Origin: Catajapyx aquilonaris | Taxonomy: Eukaryota | Assembly: GCA_000934665.2 (NCBI GenBank) | Contig: KZ538675.1 | Span: 1-54,503, forward strand | Length of the DNA stretch: 54,503 nt | Direction of reading: 5' to 3' | Part shown: positions 36,701 through 48,173 of the stretch, one piece after another | Position numbering within the stretch: position 1 is the stretch's first letter | Layout: every line of letters begins with the position of its first letter | Translations under genes and position numbers: made by a program | The notes under the pieces: generated by a model | Databases searched by the model: none | Told to the model about the DNA's origin: nothing | The model's input: the letters and a program-made list of their open reading frames with translations, nothing else

Positions 36701-39700
36701 GGAATGTTGCCGCTGCTTGTGAATAGGGAACGTGAAAGTAAGGACCCGCCATTTTTACGGATGGTCTAGGGAGGGCCTTTCCCGGGCCTTTCCTGATTGT
36801 ATAAACTGCAGCGTTGCCAAAGCCACTATAATGTACCGTATTTTAATAGTTAATTATGTCAGATTATGTTGTGTTGACCAGCAACATGTATTTACATGCA
36901 CAGTTGACCAATTTATTTACACTTGAGATTTTTTAAGTCTACAAGTGTTCTGGCGAGATTCCAGAGTGGTTTTTGTCTTATCTGGAGACCAAAATTCACG
37001 TCCCCTTGCCCCGGCTGAGGTGATGTTTCGACCACCTGGCCAAGGATTTTTGATGGCCTCTGAATGCGTCAATATTAGTTTTCTTCGTTGCGCCTTGTGA
37101 TTGGACCAATGATGTAGGCTAGCTTATATGCCTGGGGCAGTAATGTCGAAAAAATTTGCGGGGTGAAAGTTTCGCATTAACCGTACATGCAACAAAATGG
37201 AGTGAGAGAAAAAAAGACTTTCTTTTTATAGACTGCTTTACTTTTTAAATCATCTTACTGGACGTAAAATTTTAATCATGTTGACAAAATTGTAAGAAAA
37301 TTTAATTCGGGATATTATTCGAATGTAACTGGGGCATGTTTTTAAATTAAAATTAAGCCTTTAAAATCATCTTAAAATATTTCGTAGTATTAAAAAACCC
37401 AAAATGGCACCCCAATACGTTGATTCTCAAGCAGGTATTAGATGCCAATAATATTGTGAGTGTAGAAAAGTCAGTACCGTATATAAACTTATAATTATTC
37501 TGATTTAAGAGCTGGTGAAGTAGGGCTAAGATTCAGGTGCATAACAAGTGATTTTATTAGAAGGGAAGCCTAACAACTTATTTCCTTAAAACTCGTCATT
37601 AATTCACTGATGTTCAATACTAAAAGCTTTGTAACTTTCTAAGAGATGACCCTAACTATATATGACGGATAGTGCAAATCGTCTTACAGTATACATAACG
37701 TCTTTAATTATTATTATAATAGTACGAATGTATATGCTAAGTGTCGCTAATATTGTTGGACAGCATATCGCAGTGTTGTGACTTATATTTTGGTCGAAAT
37801 CGTTTGCCAAGTTCCTATTTGTTGTATCGGCTCCTACGTTCGTGGTGAAGTACCGATTTCATTCACCTCGGGTGATTCCCCCCATGCTGCATACCTTATA
37901 GTAAATAGTGACTTATTTTTGAAACTTGTTGGACCTGTTTGACATTTCTGGAAAAATTCCCCACTCTTCGTGGGTAACCAATCCCAAAGCATATCATTGA
38001 ATTCGGGCAAGATTCGGGGTATTTGGTGGATGGTATATAAGGCAGTGGGAAGTGGGAGTAGTCTCAGTTGTCGCCCGGACTTTCACAGTAGTAGGCCTAG
38101 TAGGAGAATTGTACACGGTGAGTAACTTACTAACTTTTGAGTCAGACAGTGTCATTGCTATTTTTCCCCCTATAGGAACAACTTGAACAAGCCATGGTTT
38201 GATGTTAATTAGGGTGGAATTCATGTGATCAAATTTTGAATTAATCGGCAGTCGTAACACAAGAGCTGTAAATATTTTAAAACCTTCCATATTCTTGATA
38301 GCACAGTTGGTTATAGAAAACACGCCAGTTTATTTCAAGAAGTGCTACTGTCGTATGACAATGGCATAGTGAGTGGTATTTTATGCGATTTGCATAATTA
38401 TGTATAGCTAACTTGAGTGGAGATGTCACGAAAGTACAGAATCCAGATAGACACAAATTAATCAACAAACACACCGTGTTAAAGTTTAGAACGTCTGAAG
38501 GTACCAATCAGTTTGTGTATCGCACAAGTCGCAAAATATATTTTTGGGGTCGATAGCCCGTACCAGGCCTGTACTATATTTTCTTTTCCGTTCAAGTTAA
38601 ATATCCGGTTCTGCTTTCATCACCATGATGTGGCTGTTGTTTTTTAAAACTGAGAAAGTCAATAAACGTCTGTAATGAGCTTACTGGATCTGGATGATGG
38701 GAAACTGGGGAAGTTAATTAGAATGCCATGATATTTTGTGTCAGGTTTTTATGCTGATCGTCTGATCAAAATTTCTTGTATAGAAAGTGACCTGTCGGTA
38801 CAAAATTGGCAAGTCTGAGGGAATAATTTGACTCCCTGTGTAATGGATGTTTTTAAAAACTGGCAATCTACGCTCTAAAAAAATTTCGAAAATATTTCCC
38901 AGAAGGCCTCGGCCTTAATAGTTTCCAATTTTACTGAATTTTACGTCAAACGTCAAATTACGGAAGACCGAGCATGTAACATATTGACTGTCAATGAAGA
39001 GGGCTTGAATAGGCATTTAATAAATTATTAAAGTTGTGAAAATTTAAAGTGGATTTAGCACTGCATGAAAATTTTTGAGATGAAAACCTGCGCAGCATGC
39101 CATGGGTATGCCATGTGTACGCTAGATGCCATTTTCGAACCGTATTATCTCAGTGTCGCAAAAGATTGCAACTTCGGTTTTCACATCGACTCGTTGATGG
39201 CACTTCTTTTTCCTCCCACGAAATTCCCCACGAGGCATCACGTGTGCATGACTTTCACCCAGCCGGCAAGTTTTGACAAACTGTGCGATAATAAATCAGC
39301 CATTTAGATCCGCTCCACAAACTTTTTATTCAAATTTTGTAAGTTTTAAATTAATTTTTTGCCCCCTACTTATGGACCGTGATATTTTTATTTTTTCTGT
39401 ACCCCGTTATCTGGCCGATAGGCCATTTCTAGGGGGGTGGGTTACCACCATTTGTGGTTTGGAGCGATACATATACTTATATCTTAATTGCTCCAAGGGT
39501 AATTAGGAGGGGATGTGCAAAGTGCATGTGCGCTGTCGTTAATTGGTCATTTTGTGAACTCCCCCGGGTGGCTTAGTCTATCGGAAATTGCCACCCGAAA
39601 CGAAGCCAGAGATGGCCCAACTCTGCACGAAAGAAGGTGGGAACCCCGGGTGGGGATTGAACCCGGGACCTTAACTTCCGTGATCGCACGCGTTACCGCG

Positions 39701-42700
39701 GCGCCACTCCGTCTCCCACAGGACCGTGATATTAATCCTAATGCATCCTAAGGGCATTCTTCTGGCTCCCAAACTCCTGGCATTAATATTTAATAATATT
39801 AGTATTTAACAAATTCATCGTTCTTGAACAAGATCCGACTTAAAAAATTGGTCATCATCAACTAGTGTCTGAAAAATTGATATTAAAATTCCGGCAGATT
39901 TTTAGTGCCTGCTGTGGCCATTTCAAGTGCAAGAAAATTTGCAAATTCTCGACTTTTGAGCCCAGGTTTTCACTACTCGGGGGACATAATTAAAAACTGA
40001 GTTTCACTTTTTTATGAGGAACAATGTCCAATAAAAATTGTTGCTGTTAACTGAAACTCAATCCTGAGAGGTTCCAACCGGTTTCAAGCACTTGAGAATA
40101 TGAGAGTTAGGTCTCCCTATTTTTACCTTCTTTGTGACCCCATGTAGCGTAAGTGTGAATTTTTCCTCATTTTTAAAACAAGTTATGAAATTCGTTAATT
40201 TTTGCTTTGAAAATGGTTTTTGGAGAATCACCCATATTATGTCGATCATGTTTTACAAGGGAAAGAGCGAAAACAGGGGTCCAATGTCGCGAAATTGACC
40301 AAAAACGCGAAGTTTTTTTTTGTTTTGTTTTGTTTTTTTTGCTCACGAACTATACACGTGTCAAGCTTCAAACTTGACACATGGCAACTTCTGGGAGTAT
40401 ATATTCATGTCACCAAATATGAAATATGTAGAGCAATTACATCGCAAATTTTCGGAGGTCGAAATTATTGGATTTGACCGATGTAAAGCGAGGCGCGTTT
40501 GTTTCTGGTTTTAATTTGGGAAGAAACCTACCTTTCTACAGCTCTAGAACATTTGAGGGGGGTGTTGGAAAAAGGTGATAAGTGATAACTCACAAAAGTG
40601 TAATTTTTCAGAAGAGTGAATTGAAGTTTGCATTTTTTTTTTTTCACAAATCATAGGGAATGCAGGTTTTGATCTAGTCTGTGTTGCCGTCTTGTACATG
40701 ATACGTGAACTTGGAGTATACCAAACTGTTTGTCATGTCTTTTACATAGTTGCGAGGTGTTCAGGTCAAAAATGAGGGTTACCACCTTTTTCCACCACAC
40801 CCCTCATTTAACTGCTGCACTAATGGGTTTTTTTCGTAACTTTGTAAGTCGCAAATCTTGTTAGATTGTGAGTGACCAACTCCTGTTACAAGTTATAATT
40901 AACTTTGCAAGCCTGCCATTAAACAAATACAATGACTAAAGATGGCGATGCTTAGATGCGTAACTTGTAATACCGTCAGAGGCGGGAATGTCATGAGATG
41001 GGATTGCAAAATGTTACTATCTACTAGACTATATTGATTGCATTAAGATCTGCTTCGACAATCTGGTTCATACAGAAAGTATTCTGATAATTAGGCGAAT
41101 TAATTTTCTAAGAAGTTAAAGTCAAACTTTGACTTGATTTTTCGACAACTTCTGATATTGTGTCAGATTGGATTTTCCCTCAAACTCGAAAATACCTAAT
41201 GCGTCATAAAGGGATTAAAGTTCATCATGGGCTGACCTCATCTCCATGCACATGATTTATCTCATTTGGAGGCTGGTAGTTTATTTGTTGCTTACCAGAA
41301 AGTTGGTGTTACATTGCAGGTTGTGCAAACTGTCAATCCCTGTACATTTCTCAAATTTGTTTTATTTTATTTTATTGGCTAATGTTAAGAGGTTGACAGT
41401 TCAAATAGGGTAATTTAATTACTGCTCACTTACTGCATGAAAATCAGGTGTTTGGTAATTTTGGAATAGTGTATGACTTTCAGTATTGTTGTGGGGAATT
41501 TCTAGTAATCTGGTTGTGATACACTTGACGCTATCACTTGACGCTAAATCTTGATTATAGATAATTATAATTATGTTGGTGTTTGTTACAGTGCAGGTTG
41601 TGCAACAGTCCCTGTGCATTTATCAAATTTGATTTTTTTAAATGGGCTTATGTTCCAATAAGGTAGTTTAATTACTGCTCACTGATTACATTGTTGTGGG
41701 GAATTTCTAGTAATCTGGTTGTGATAACCTTGGTGCTATCTAAATCTTGATTATACATAATTATATAAGTTCCCTTGTGAAACGGGATGAATAGCAAAGA
41801 TTGACAGTGTGTTTTTAAACTTGTTGCAGTTGTCATCGCTTTAAAATCATGGCTAAGTTCCTAACACAAGACAAGATGGTTTTGACAAAAACCTTCCTGA
41901 TTCTTTCTCTGTTCAGCATAATAATGATATCAGAATCCAGAGTGGTGAGTGACACAGTACCAATCAGTGCATGTGTATAATGAGTATGTGCTACTTTGAA
42001 ATAATGACAGACCCATTTCATGACTGTTGCATCCATGGCTATGGTGTTTATATTCAAACGAAACATGTTTTCTTAAAAAAAATACAGATTATTTGTCCAG
42101 TCTGCCGAGAGCCCGTTTTGGTGGACTTGCAAAGTCTTCTGGCTGCACCATTGCCCCAGGAAGAGTCGTCTTCCGCCTTTTCCCCAACTGATGAGCTGAA
42201 GGAACTGCGGCAGAAAATGGCAGATTTATATGTGAAGCAGAAGGAAAAGGGCGGGATTATTGACTTAAAAGAGGAGGAGAATCGGTTCTTACTGTTTACT
42301 GGAGAGGTGAGGGCAGGTTATGTTTCACATTTTGCAGGTGAAGGCTTGTCCTGACATGAAACTAATGCACTGGGTCCAATGGAAAAGTCAAGGCATTTGT
42401 TGTATAGGGGTATTATGATTTTCAGTTATTGGACATGAAGTTCAATAAAACTTGTGTTAAATTATGGAAGCAACGCAACATACTTTTTACAATGAGAATG
42501 CCTTGATTTTTACCTATGATAGAACATATGGGACATATTAAATTTAAAGTGTACTCTGCAATCTCTTGATTATCTGAATGTGAATGGCTATTTTTTCAAC
42601 AGAAGGTAACTAAGGGAAGTATATGCAAGGCAGTTTGCGAACCCCAGGATCTGATAATGGAAAATCCTGAGGATATGCTCTTGAGCACGATAATCGATCC

Positions 42701-45700
42701 ACAAGACAAGCAGACTATTAAGGACTTGATTGACACAGAGGGCCTCATCTACGCTATTGGCTACACTGCAGATGAAGTCTGGACAGATGACCAAAAGGCA
42801 ACAGCAGATGCAGCAGTCAAGAAACAGGACCGCTCAAGTGTGTATTATCAGCTCCTGGTAACCCACTACCGGGTAGATGTCCACTTTGGCCAGGTCGACA
42901 GCCACCGCAAATGGATTAACATAACGTACTTCCGCTTGAAAGCTTTTGTCCCAGACATAATCTATCCAACTGAGGTTGAAGTACATGACTACACGAAGTA
43001 TCAGTATCAGCTCTACATAGGGTATACTGCCAAATGGGTACACAACATAGATGGCCCAATGTGGGACAGGGCAATGTGGGACCATCTCCACCTGGAGCCT
43101 CATCATCCACAATTCTTTGGGGATGCAAACATGACCCAACGTTCTCTCCAGGAGAGCATCATTGACATGTTGGCCTGCCGTTGGGAGAGGACTCTCAAGG
43201 GAGATCTCAATGTCACCAATAAAGTCCTGGCCTATGTGGAAGACAAGTACCTGGAAAGGTACAACCTACATGATAGGGCAATTGTAAGGGGAATTCTAGA
43301 CGACATTGTCAATTCAGATTGAAGTGTCACGAGGCACAAAAGTGTAATAAGGGCCTGTTATTATATAAAGCATATTAGTTACCACATTTCGTTTAATTTT
43401 GTTCACTATTGAAGCTTTTTAAGGGACATTTGCGCATATTAGTAACAATGTGTATGTGAAATAAAACCCTGCTACCGTCATATTTCTTTTTTCCACTTTT
43501 CTCAGTAGCATTCTGAAGAGGATTATGACATTCAGATTTGGTGAGGTACAAATGGTTATGCATATCCAATAATGGATTGTAGAAAAATCTGACTGTAACC
43601 TAGGTGCAACCAGGTACTCAGGGCAAGAGCATTCTGCTCCTTGCCATTAACTGGATGCTGTTAGCTGTAGTACTCTGGTTAGAAAGGTTTTTGATATTAC
43701 CCTCATTGAGTAAGATGCTGGTGCAAAATGCAAACATACTAATGTTTCGCTTTTCAGGTCAGGCAAAAAAACTTGAGCCATGTAGTTTTCCAATTGCAAT
43801 TAATTATTATTTGCTTAGGGAATCATGCTCTCAGAGAAAAACTGTAAATTTTCTAATAGCCCAGCTATATTGAGGAAGCAAAGGATAGATTAACTGTTTC
43901 TCCAATCAAGTGTCAAATTATAGTTTTCTTGATTTTTTATTCTCCAGACTGGAAATTCTAAACTCAAAATAATTTTATAGTTTGTCAGTTAGCAAATGGT
44001 ATAGGCCGGGGTGTCTTAAAAAGTATAAAATTTGCATATTTTTGCCAAAGAATTACACAGAATATTACTTTTTTCTGCTGCTACCTTTTCCTTTCCTCTC
44101 GGAGGAATCTCTTTAGCATCATATTGATTTTCACCTATTTCCATTCCCAATATTATTACTGTCAACTCAGATGCATGTAGCACTGAACAAGACTTTGTCA
44201 TCGTCATATACTGACCCAAATATTGCCAATACATGTGCGGGGTGAATTGGACAAATTGCATTTTGAACTATCACCCAACTTTCCAATTGTCATGACAATC
44301 AAATACAGACAGTTTCTGGTTCACGAATAACTTGGCGGATGTGAAGGGAGATCCCAAGAGTGTGCTGCCACCTTTAGCAACTTTGATGGACAGATAGGGG
44401 TTTTAGCAAGTCACATAACCCTTCTTGAAGTTTCAGATGAATTTGTATTGTTTGTCCTCTAAAATATTCACTGAAATATTAAAATAATCCATTATGATTG
44501 CATCTCTTTCTTAATTGCAGCTGGTTTTATTCAATCCACAGCAAAATTACAGTGTCTGAATTATTTTAACTTGCGTGTTTATTGGAACAGAATATGAAAA
44601 ATCATGACCTTGTGGCACAAACCTGTTTTCTTATGCCTAGGCCCACAAGGTGCAGTAGAAATACAGTATCTCCCATGTCAGATTCATGAGAGCTTGATAT
44701 CACATACAACTCTTGGTCAAGTTTTGAAGTTTATTACATTTATTTATATGAAGGAGCAACTTCAGGATTGATTTTTCCATGCCATACAATAACATTTATT
44801 GGAGATTATAATAATGTCAAAATGTAAAAGTGATGGATTTTGCCTATGTAATGTCGGCGTTGGCAAAATAATGTTCTCAAGTTAAGAGTTGTCTTTTTTT
44901 TCATATTTGAAATGCCCACAGAAGGTACTAAGAACCTAAAATCATCTTACAGATTCAGAATGGAGCCCAGTTACAGTGTGGAAAACGAAACGACGATATG
45001 ACGTCGTCATTTTGTTCTCATGCAACAATAGGAGTCAGATCATCAGATCGTCGTTTCGTTTTCCGCACTGTACAGTTATTTTAAACTTGTCTGAATTTGT
45101 AGGTTAGTGTATAAGCATTCGATCAAACATCTAATGTTAGTGTGTCTGTCTGGGAAAGCCTTCACCTGTGAAAGGGAGAACAAGCACATGTTTAATATGG
45201 CTGGCACTAACATCTCCCTGTTCTAGGTGGAGGAACCAAGAAATGAAGACATGCCACCACCATTCCAGCCCACGGACACACCTGAAGATTCTCGGCATCC
45301 CAACCCATTCATGAGTGCTATGGAATTTTCAAGGCCTGGGCCTAAGCTCAAACTTCCACCAGCCTTCACTTCTCTCAACACTCTTCACACTTATGAGGGT
45401 TGGCATGGCAGCAGCCAAAATGGCAGTGACATTGCATCCAAGCCCTCCAGCCAACCCATGATTTCAGAAGCTGAGAGTTTGGAGACAGGGGTGGGGAACA
45501 GTCATGGGGGTGGAAGGAATTCAGATGGTAGATCCTATGGTGGAAGACCAAAGCATGGGCGATGTCATGATTTGGCTAGTAGGAGGAGACCAACTCCAGC
45601 GGCGGCTGGAGATGAACAAAAAGGTGGGAGTAGCAGCAACAATGGTACTGCCACTGCTCAGATACCAGGGCCACCTCCTAGGCCCAAAAATCCACCTCCC

Positions 45701-45781
45701 CATCGCTCACGAAGACCCCCTCCTGGTTTCTCCCGCAAACCACCCCCCTCCAGATCTCCTCCTGGATTTGAAGCTAGCTGA
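27728..45781 (+). CDS. RNF25: E3 ubiquitin ligase RNF25 (AO7): RWD domain, split RING-H2 and Pro-rich tail, 6 exons
   Basis: Exons 27728-27777, 27838-27906, 28620-28860, 31569-31781, 42088-42306, 45227-45781. Motifs: EEVEALKAIF, LHPATAED...QFV, PPNYPD, NPRGLSD, GQCPICL...ECYHHFHCYCL, CPVCRE and QKEKGGIID. Confidence 0.95.
28965..29075 (+). mobile_element. tRNA-derived SINE fragment
   Basis: tRNA-like head ...gactgctaatcgggaggtcctgggatcaaatcccgg followed by gtggttttctgtggtttccc. Confidence 0.6.
30055..30962. mobile_element. Tc1/mariner (Tigger/pogo-like) non-autonomous element with a SINE inserted near its right end
   Basis: Termini cagtaaaacatcta and tagaagttttactg|ta, with internal repeated ttcgagttatag/ttcgacttatag motifs. 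Confidence 0.6.
30625..30942 (-). mobile_element. tRNA-derived SINE, same family as 39390-39718
   Basis: Shares attggtcattttgtgaactcccc and cgaagccagagatggcccaactctgcacga with the 39.5-kb copy; T-rich tail on the plus strand. Confidence 0.8.
32390..32832. mobile_element. piggyBac-like MITE with TTAA target duplication
   Basis: ttaa|cctttaactacgtaggtggagcctgag...ctcaggctccacctacgaagttaaggg|ttaa. Confidence 0.85.
33102..33429. mobile_element. Tc1/mariner-type MITE flanked by TA
   Basis: ta|cagtacc..ccactcataaagaatggtacgattc pairs with gagtcataccattctttatgagtgggactg|ta. Confidence 0.8.
33969..34357. mobile_element. TIR MITE flanked by TTAA
   Basis: ttaa|agtgggttctacacagtcggtc...gaccgactgtgtagagcccact|ttaa. 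Confidence 0.8.
34362..34555. mobile_element. PIF/Harbinger-like MITE flanked by TAA, abutting the previous element
   Basis: taa|ggctgcatttacctatgagggatttgat pairs with atcaaatcgctcatatgtaaacatggcc|taa. Confidence 0.65.
35024..35328. mobile_element. Tigger/pogo-like MITE flanked by TA, spanning an assembly gap
   Basis: ta|caggttgagaatcctttat...ataaaggattctcaacctg|ta. Confidence 0.85.
35185..35220. other. Assembly gap (N run) adjacent to poly-C
   Basis: 36 N bases read directly. Confidence 0.98.
39390..39718 (-). mobile_element. tRNA-derived SINE with apparent target-site duplication (ggaccgtgatatt at about 39373 and 39721)
   Basis: Minus-strand head gggagacggagtggcgccgcggtaacg...ggttcaatcccc (B-box); homologous to 30625-30942. 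Confidence 0.85.
40553..40808. mobile_element. MITE-like element with imperfect TIRs of about 28 bp
   Basis: tgaggggggtgttggaaaaaggtgataa pairs with ttaccacctttttccaccacacccctca. Confidence 0.65.
41315..41765. repeat. Imperfect tandem duplication in RNF25 intron 4
   Basis: tgcaggttgtgcaa...ttaattactgctcact...ttgttgtggggaatttctagtaatctggttgtgata...ctaaatcttgattata occurs twice (starting near 41315 and 41592). Confidence 0.8.
42657..43322 (+). CDS. Intronless nested ORF (221 aa), HD-like putative metal-dependent phosphohydrolase resembling DUF5662
   Basis: Clean ORF with motif order HFGQVDSHRKWI, VHDYTKY, WDHLHLEPHHPQFF, IIDMLAC. The frame stays open back to the acceptor ttttttcaacag|42603. 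AATAAA at 43460. Family assignment is from recall. Confidence 0.75.
   Translation: MENPEDMLLSTIIDPQDKQTIKDLIDTEGLIYAIGYTADEVWTDDQKATADAAVKKQDRSSVYYQLLVTHYRVDVHFGQVDSHRKWINITYFRLKAFVPDIIYPTEVEVHDYTKYQYQLYIGYTAKWVHNIDGPMWDRAMWDHLHLEPHHPQFFGDANMTQRSLQESIIDMLACRWERTLKGDLNVTNKVLAYVEDKYLERYNLHDRAIVRGILDDIVNSD
43460..43465 (+). terminator. Candidate poly(A) signal for the nested ORF (intronic site within RNF25)
   Basis: AATAAA about 140 nt after the stop, followed by a T-rich tract (tatttctttttccactttt). Confidence 0.55.
44974..45070. mobile_element. Small TA-flanked palindromic MITE
   Basis: ta|cagtgtggaaaacgaaacgacgat...atcgtcgtttcgttttccgcactg|ta. Confidence 0.8.
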
Positions 45782-48173
45782 CAATTACAGAACTTAGGCT
45801 GTAACTGGCCACCACAAGGCAGTTCCAGGCACTTGCTGCTACTCTTACTGGCTGTTGTGAGCTGCTTAGTAGGGTTCTGTGACTGGATTCGTAGTCACCT
45901 CTGTGGTTGTGTCAACAGTGCATGCAGGAGGACAATTAAGTCTCCCATTCCTCTGCTTTTGCACAGTTGTACCATATATTTGTGTCCATAATGCTCATAA
46001 CAATAAATTAATTTATCAGCGTCAGTTATTAGTTGTTTCTCAATAACATGAGTATGTACGGTACAGGACATCCGAAGGCGTCACATGCTGGAGACCAGGG
46101 AAACTGGAGCCATACTAAATAGCTGATTACATTGGAAGTGAATATTTTTCTGAAAATAATAACCAGTTTTGAAATCGTTTTGCAGCACCAGCAAGTGACA
46201 TATGACAATAAATGTCAATATTGTGAATAATTACAAGGCATCACTTGACTCTTATGTGGCTTGTTTTTGCTGCAAAATAACTTCACATGCCAATAAAATG
46301 CATTGAAATGTAAAGAAAAATACATTTATTTATTATTCTGTGCCTCAGCTACACATTTGGCACCTAACAGCTGAGTGGCTGTACCAGTGTCAGTCAGTTG
46401 GTAGAATCCACGTGGCACAGAAATCACACAAGTATGCAGCAGGTACATTTTTATAATTGTGGAGAGCATTTGTTGGAATAGGAGATTGGGAAGAATATGT
46501 TAAAATATACGGAGTGATCCTCTGCCCAAGTTTTTGATCCAACAAGAGGGTGTGGGGGAGAGTTGATAGTTTAGTCATCCCTGGCAAACAGTCATGCAAA
46601 AAGGCTCGAAGTTGACTGGAGTTTGAATAGACTCCAGTAGTGATCCATCAACTCTCCCTGCCCCCACCCCATTAGATTGTCAGCTTGGGCGGAACACACT
46701 ATGTGTGGGAAGAAGGTTTGAAATATTGCTGCTGTGAGAAAACCAATAACAGTGACCACATTGGCATCAGCAGATGTAGCATGGTTTTTCTAGTCCTACA
46801 ACAAGATTGCTTAGACATATTGAATTACATTACATCACATCATGATATGTTTTACATGTGCACATATGGTTTTGGAAACATAATTTAAATATAAATACAA
46901 CATGTAACTGAACAAAGAAACAGTATTCTAAACTAGAACAAAGACCAATATACCTTTCAACTGTCTATCAAACAATAACGATTTGAATCAGAAACCTCTC
47001 CTTTTTCAATTGAATTTGTCATGGTGTTTTTTTAACAATGGGCATACATTCATGGTACAAAAATATTTCAAATTTCCAAAGTTATGTGTGATGCTGTTGA
47101 TAAAATGAAGCCAAATATACAGTAATTGTACCACTTGAACCTATAGTACTGTGGAACCACTGGTATACATGACGGTAAAGAGGCCATAAGGGCTAAAAAT
47201 AGGTCGTCATCAGGATTCAGGGAGAAAATATACCAGGTGGAAGACTAATTTTACCCAGTATCCTACTCTTAAATTACCAATACTTAGGCATCCTGCATTC
47301 ACTAGAAGTGTTCATGGCATTAACATAATTTTATAATACATTAAATAATTTCTTCTTACAGAAATAGGATATGTAGTTGAAATTTTTCAGTCATATTGCA
47401 TCTAACACCCGTTATTACTTTTTTATCACTGGATATTTTCAAGTCAAGGTGATTGTTAATTAATTTTGTGGATAATGTGAACTTTTTATAGCTAATGTAC
47501 CAATGTGCAGCTCAAGTTGACAGGACAATAGGGAAAAAGCTACTGATTGCGTATTCCAGCAACCTACTGGGAAAAATAATCCAGGGCTACATCACTTGTT
47601 GTGATTGTTACTTCTTATTAAATTGGCTGCTGGAGTAAATCACAACCTCTTCCTTGCTTACGTTGGATTGTGCACAACGCTGTATATGCTCATTAACTTC
47701 GATAAAAGTTTTAGGTTCAAAATTAGCACTTGTTTTCTTATGATTATGTAATATGACCTGGATTCAGTAAAAGGTTTCTGAGTGATAACAGGAACGGATT
47801 GAACGTATTACTTATAAGCATGCTAAATTACTCATTATAAATTTTCACTAACTTCCAGTATACAGTATAAATAAATGTTAAAATAAACTTATTTTCATGT
47901 ACATTCATTACTATACAATGTCATCTACAACTAATTGAGATGTAGACAATCAACAACTCCACGGATAAAGATTGTAGAGATAGTACATGTGACTTCTGCA
48001 GAAGGAATTACAAGTGAAAATTTAGAATGAGAATCTACTGTGTCTTATAACCTAATAAAGACAGGAACTTGCACAAAGTGGCACAACAATTCAACATATA
48101 CGCATACAACATTACATGAACATATTAACACAGACATATTGTAACAATGACATTTGGAGGTCATTATGAGAGA

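Noticed and set aside
37994..38507. Minus-strand ORFs of 109 and 76 aa in RNF25 intron 4
   Set aside because: No recognisable motif or splice structure; likely part of an old transposon remnant.
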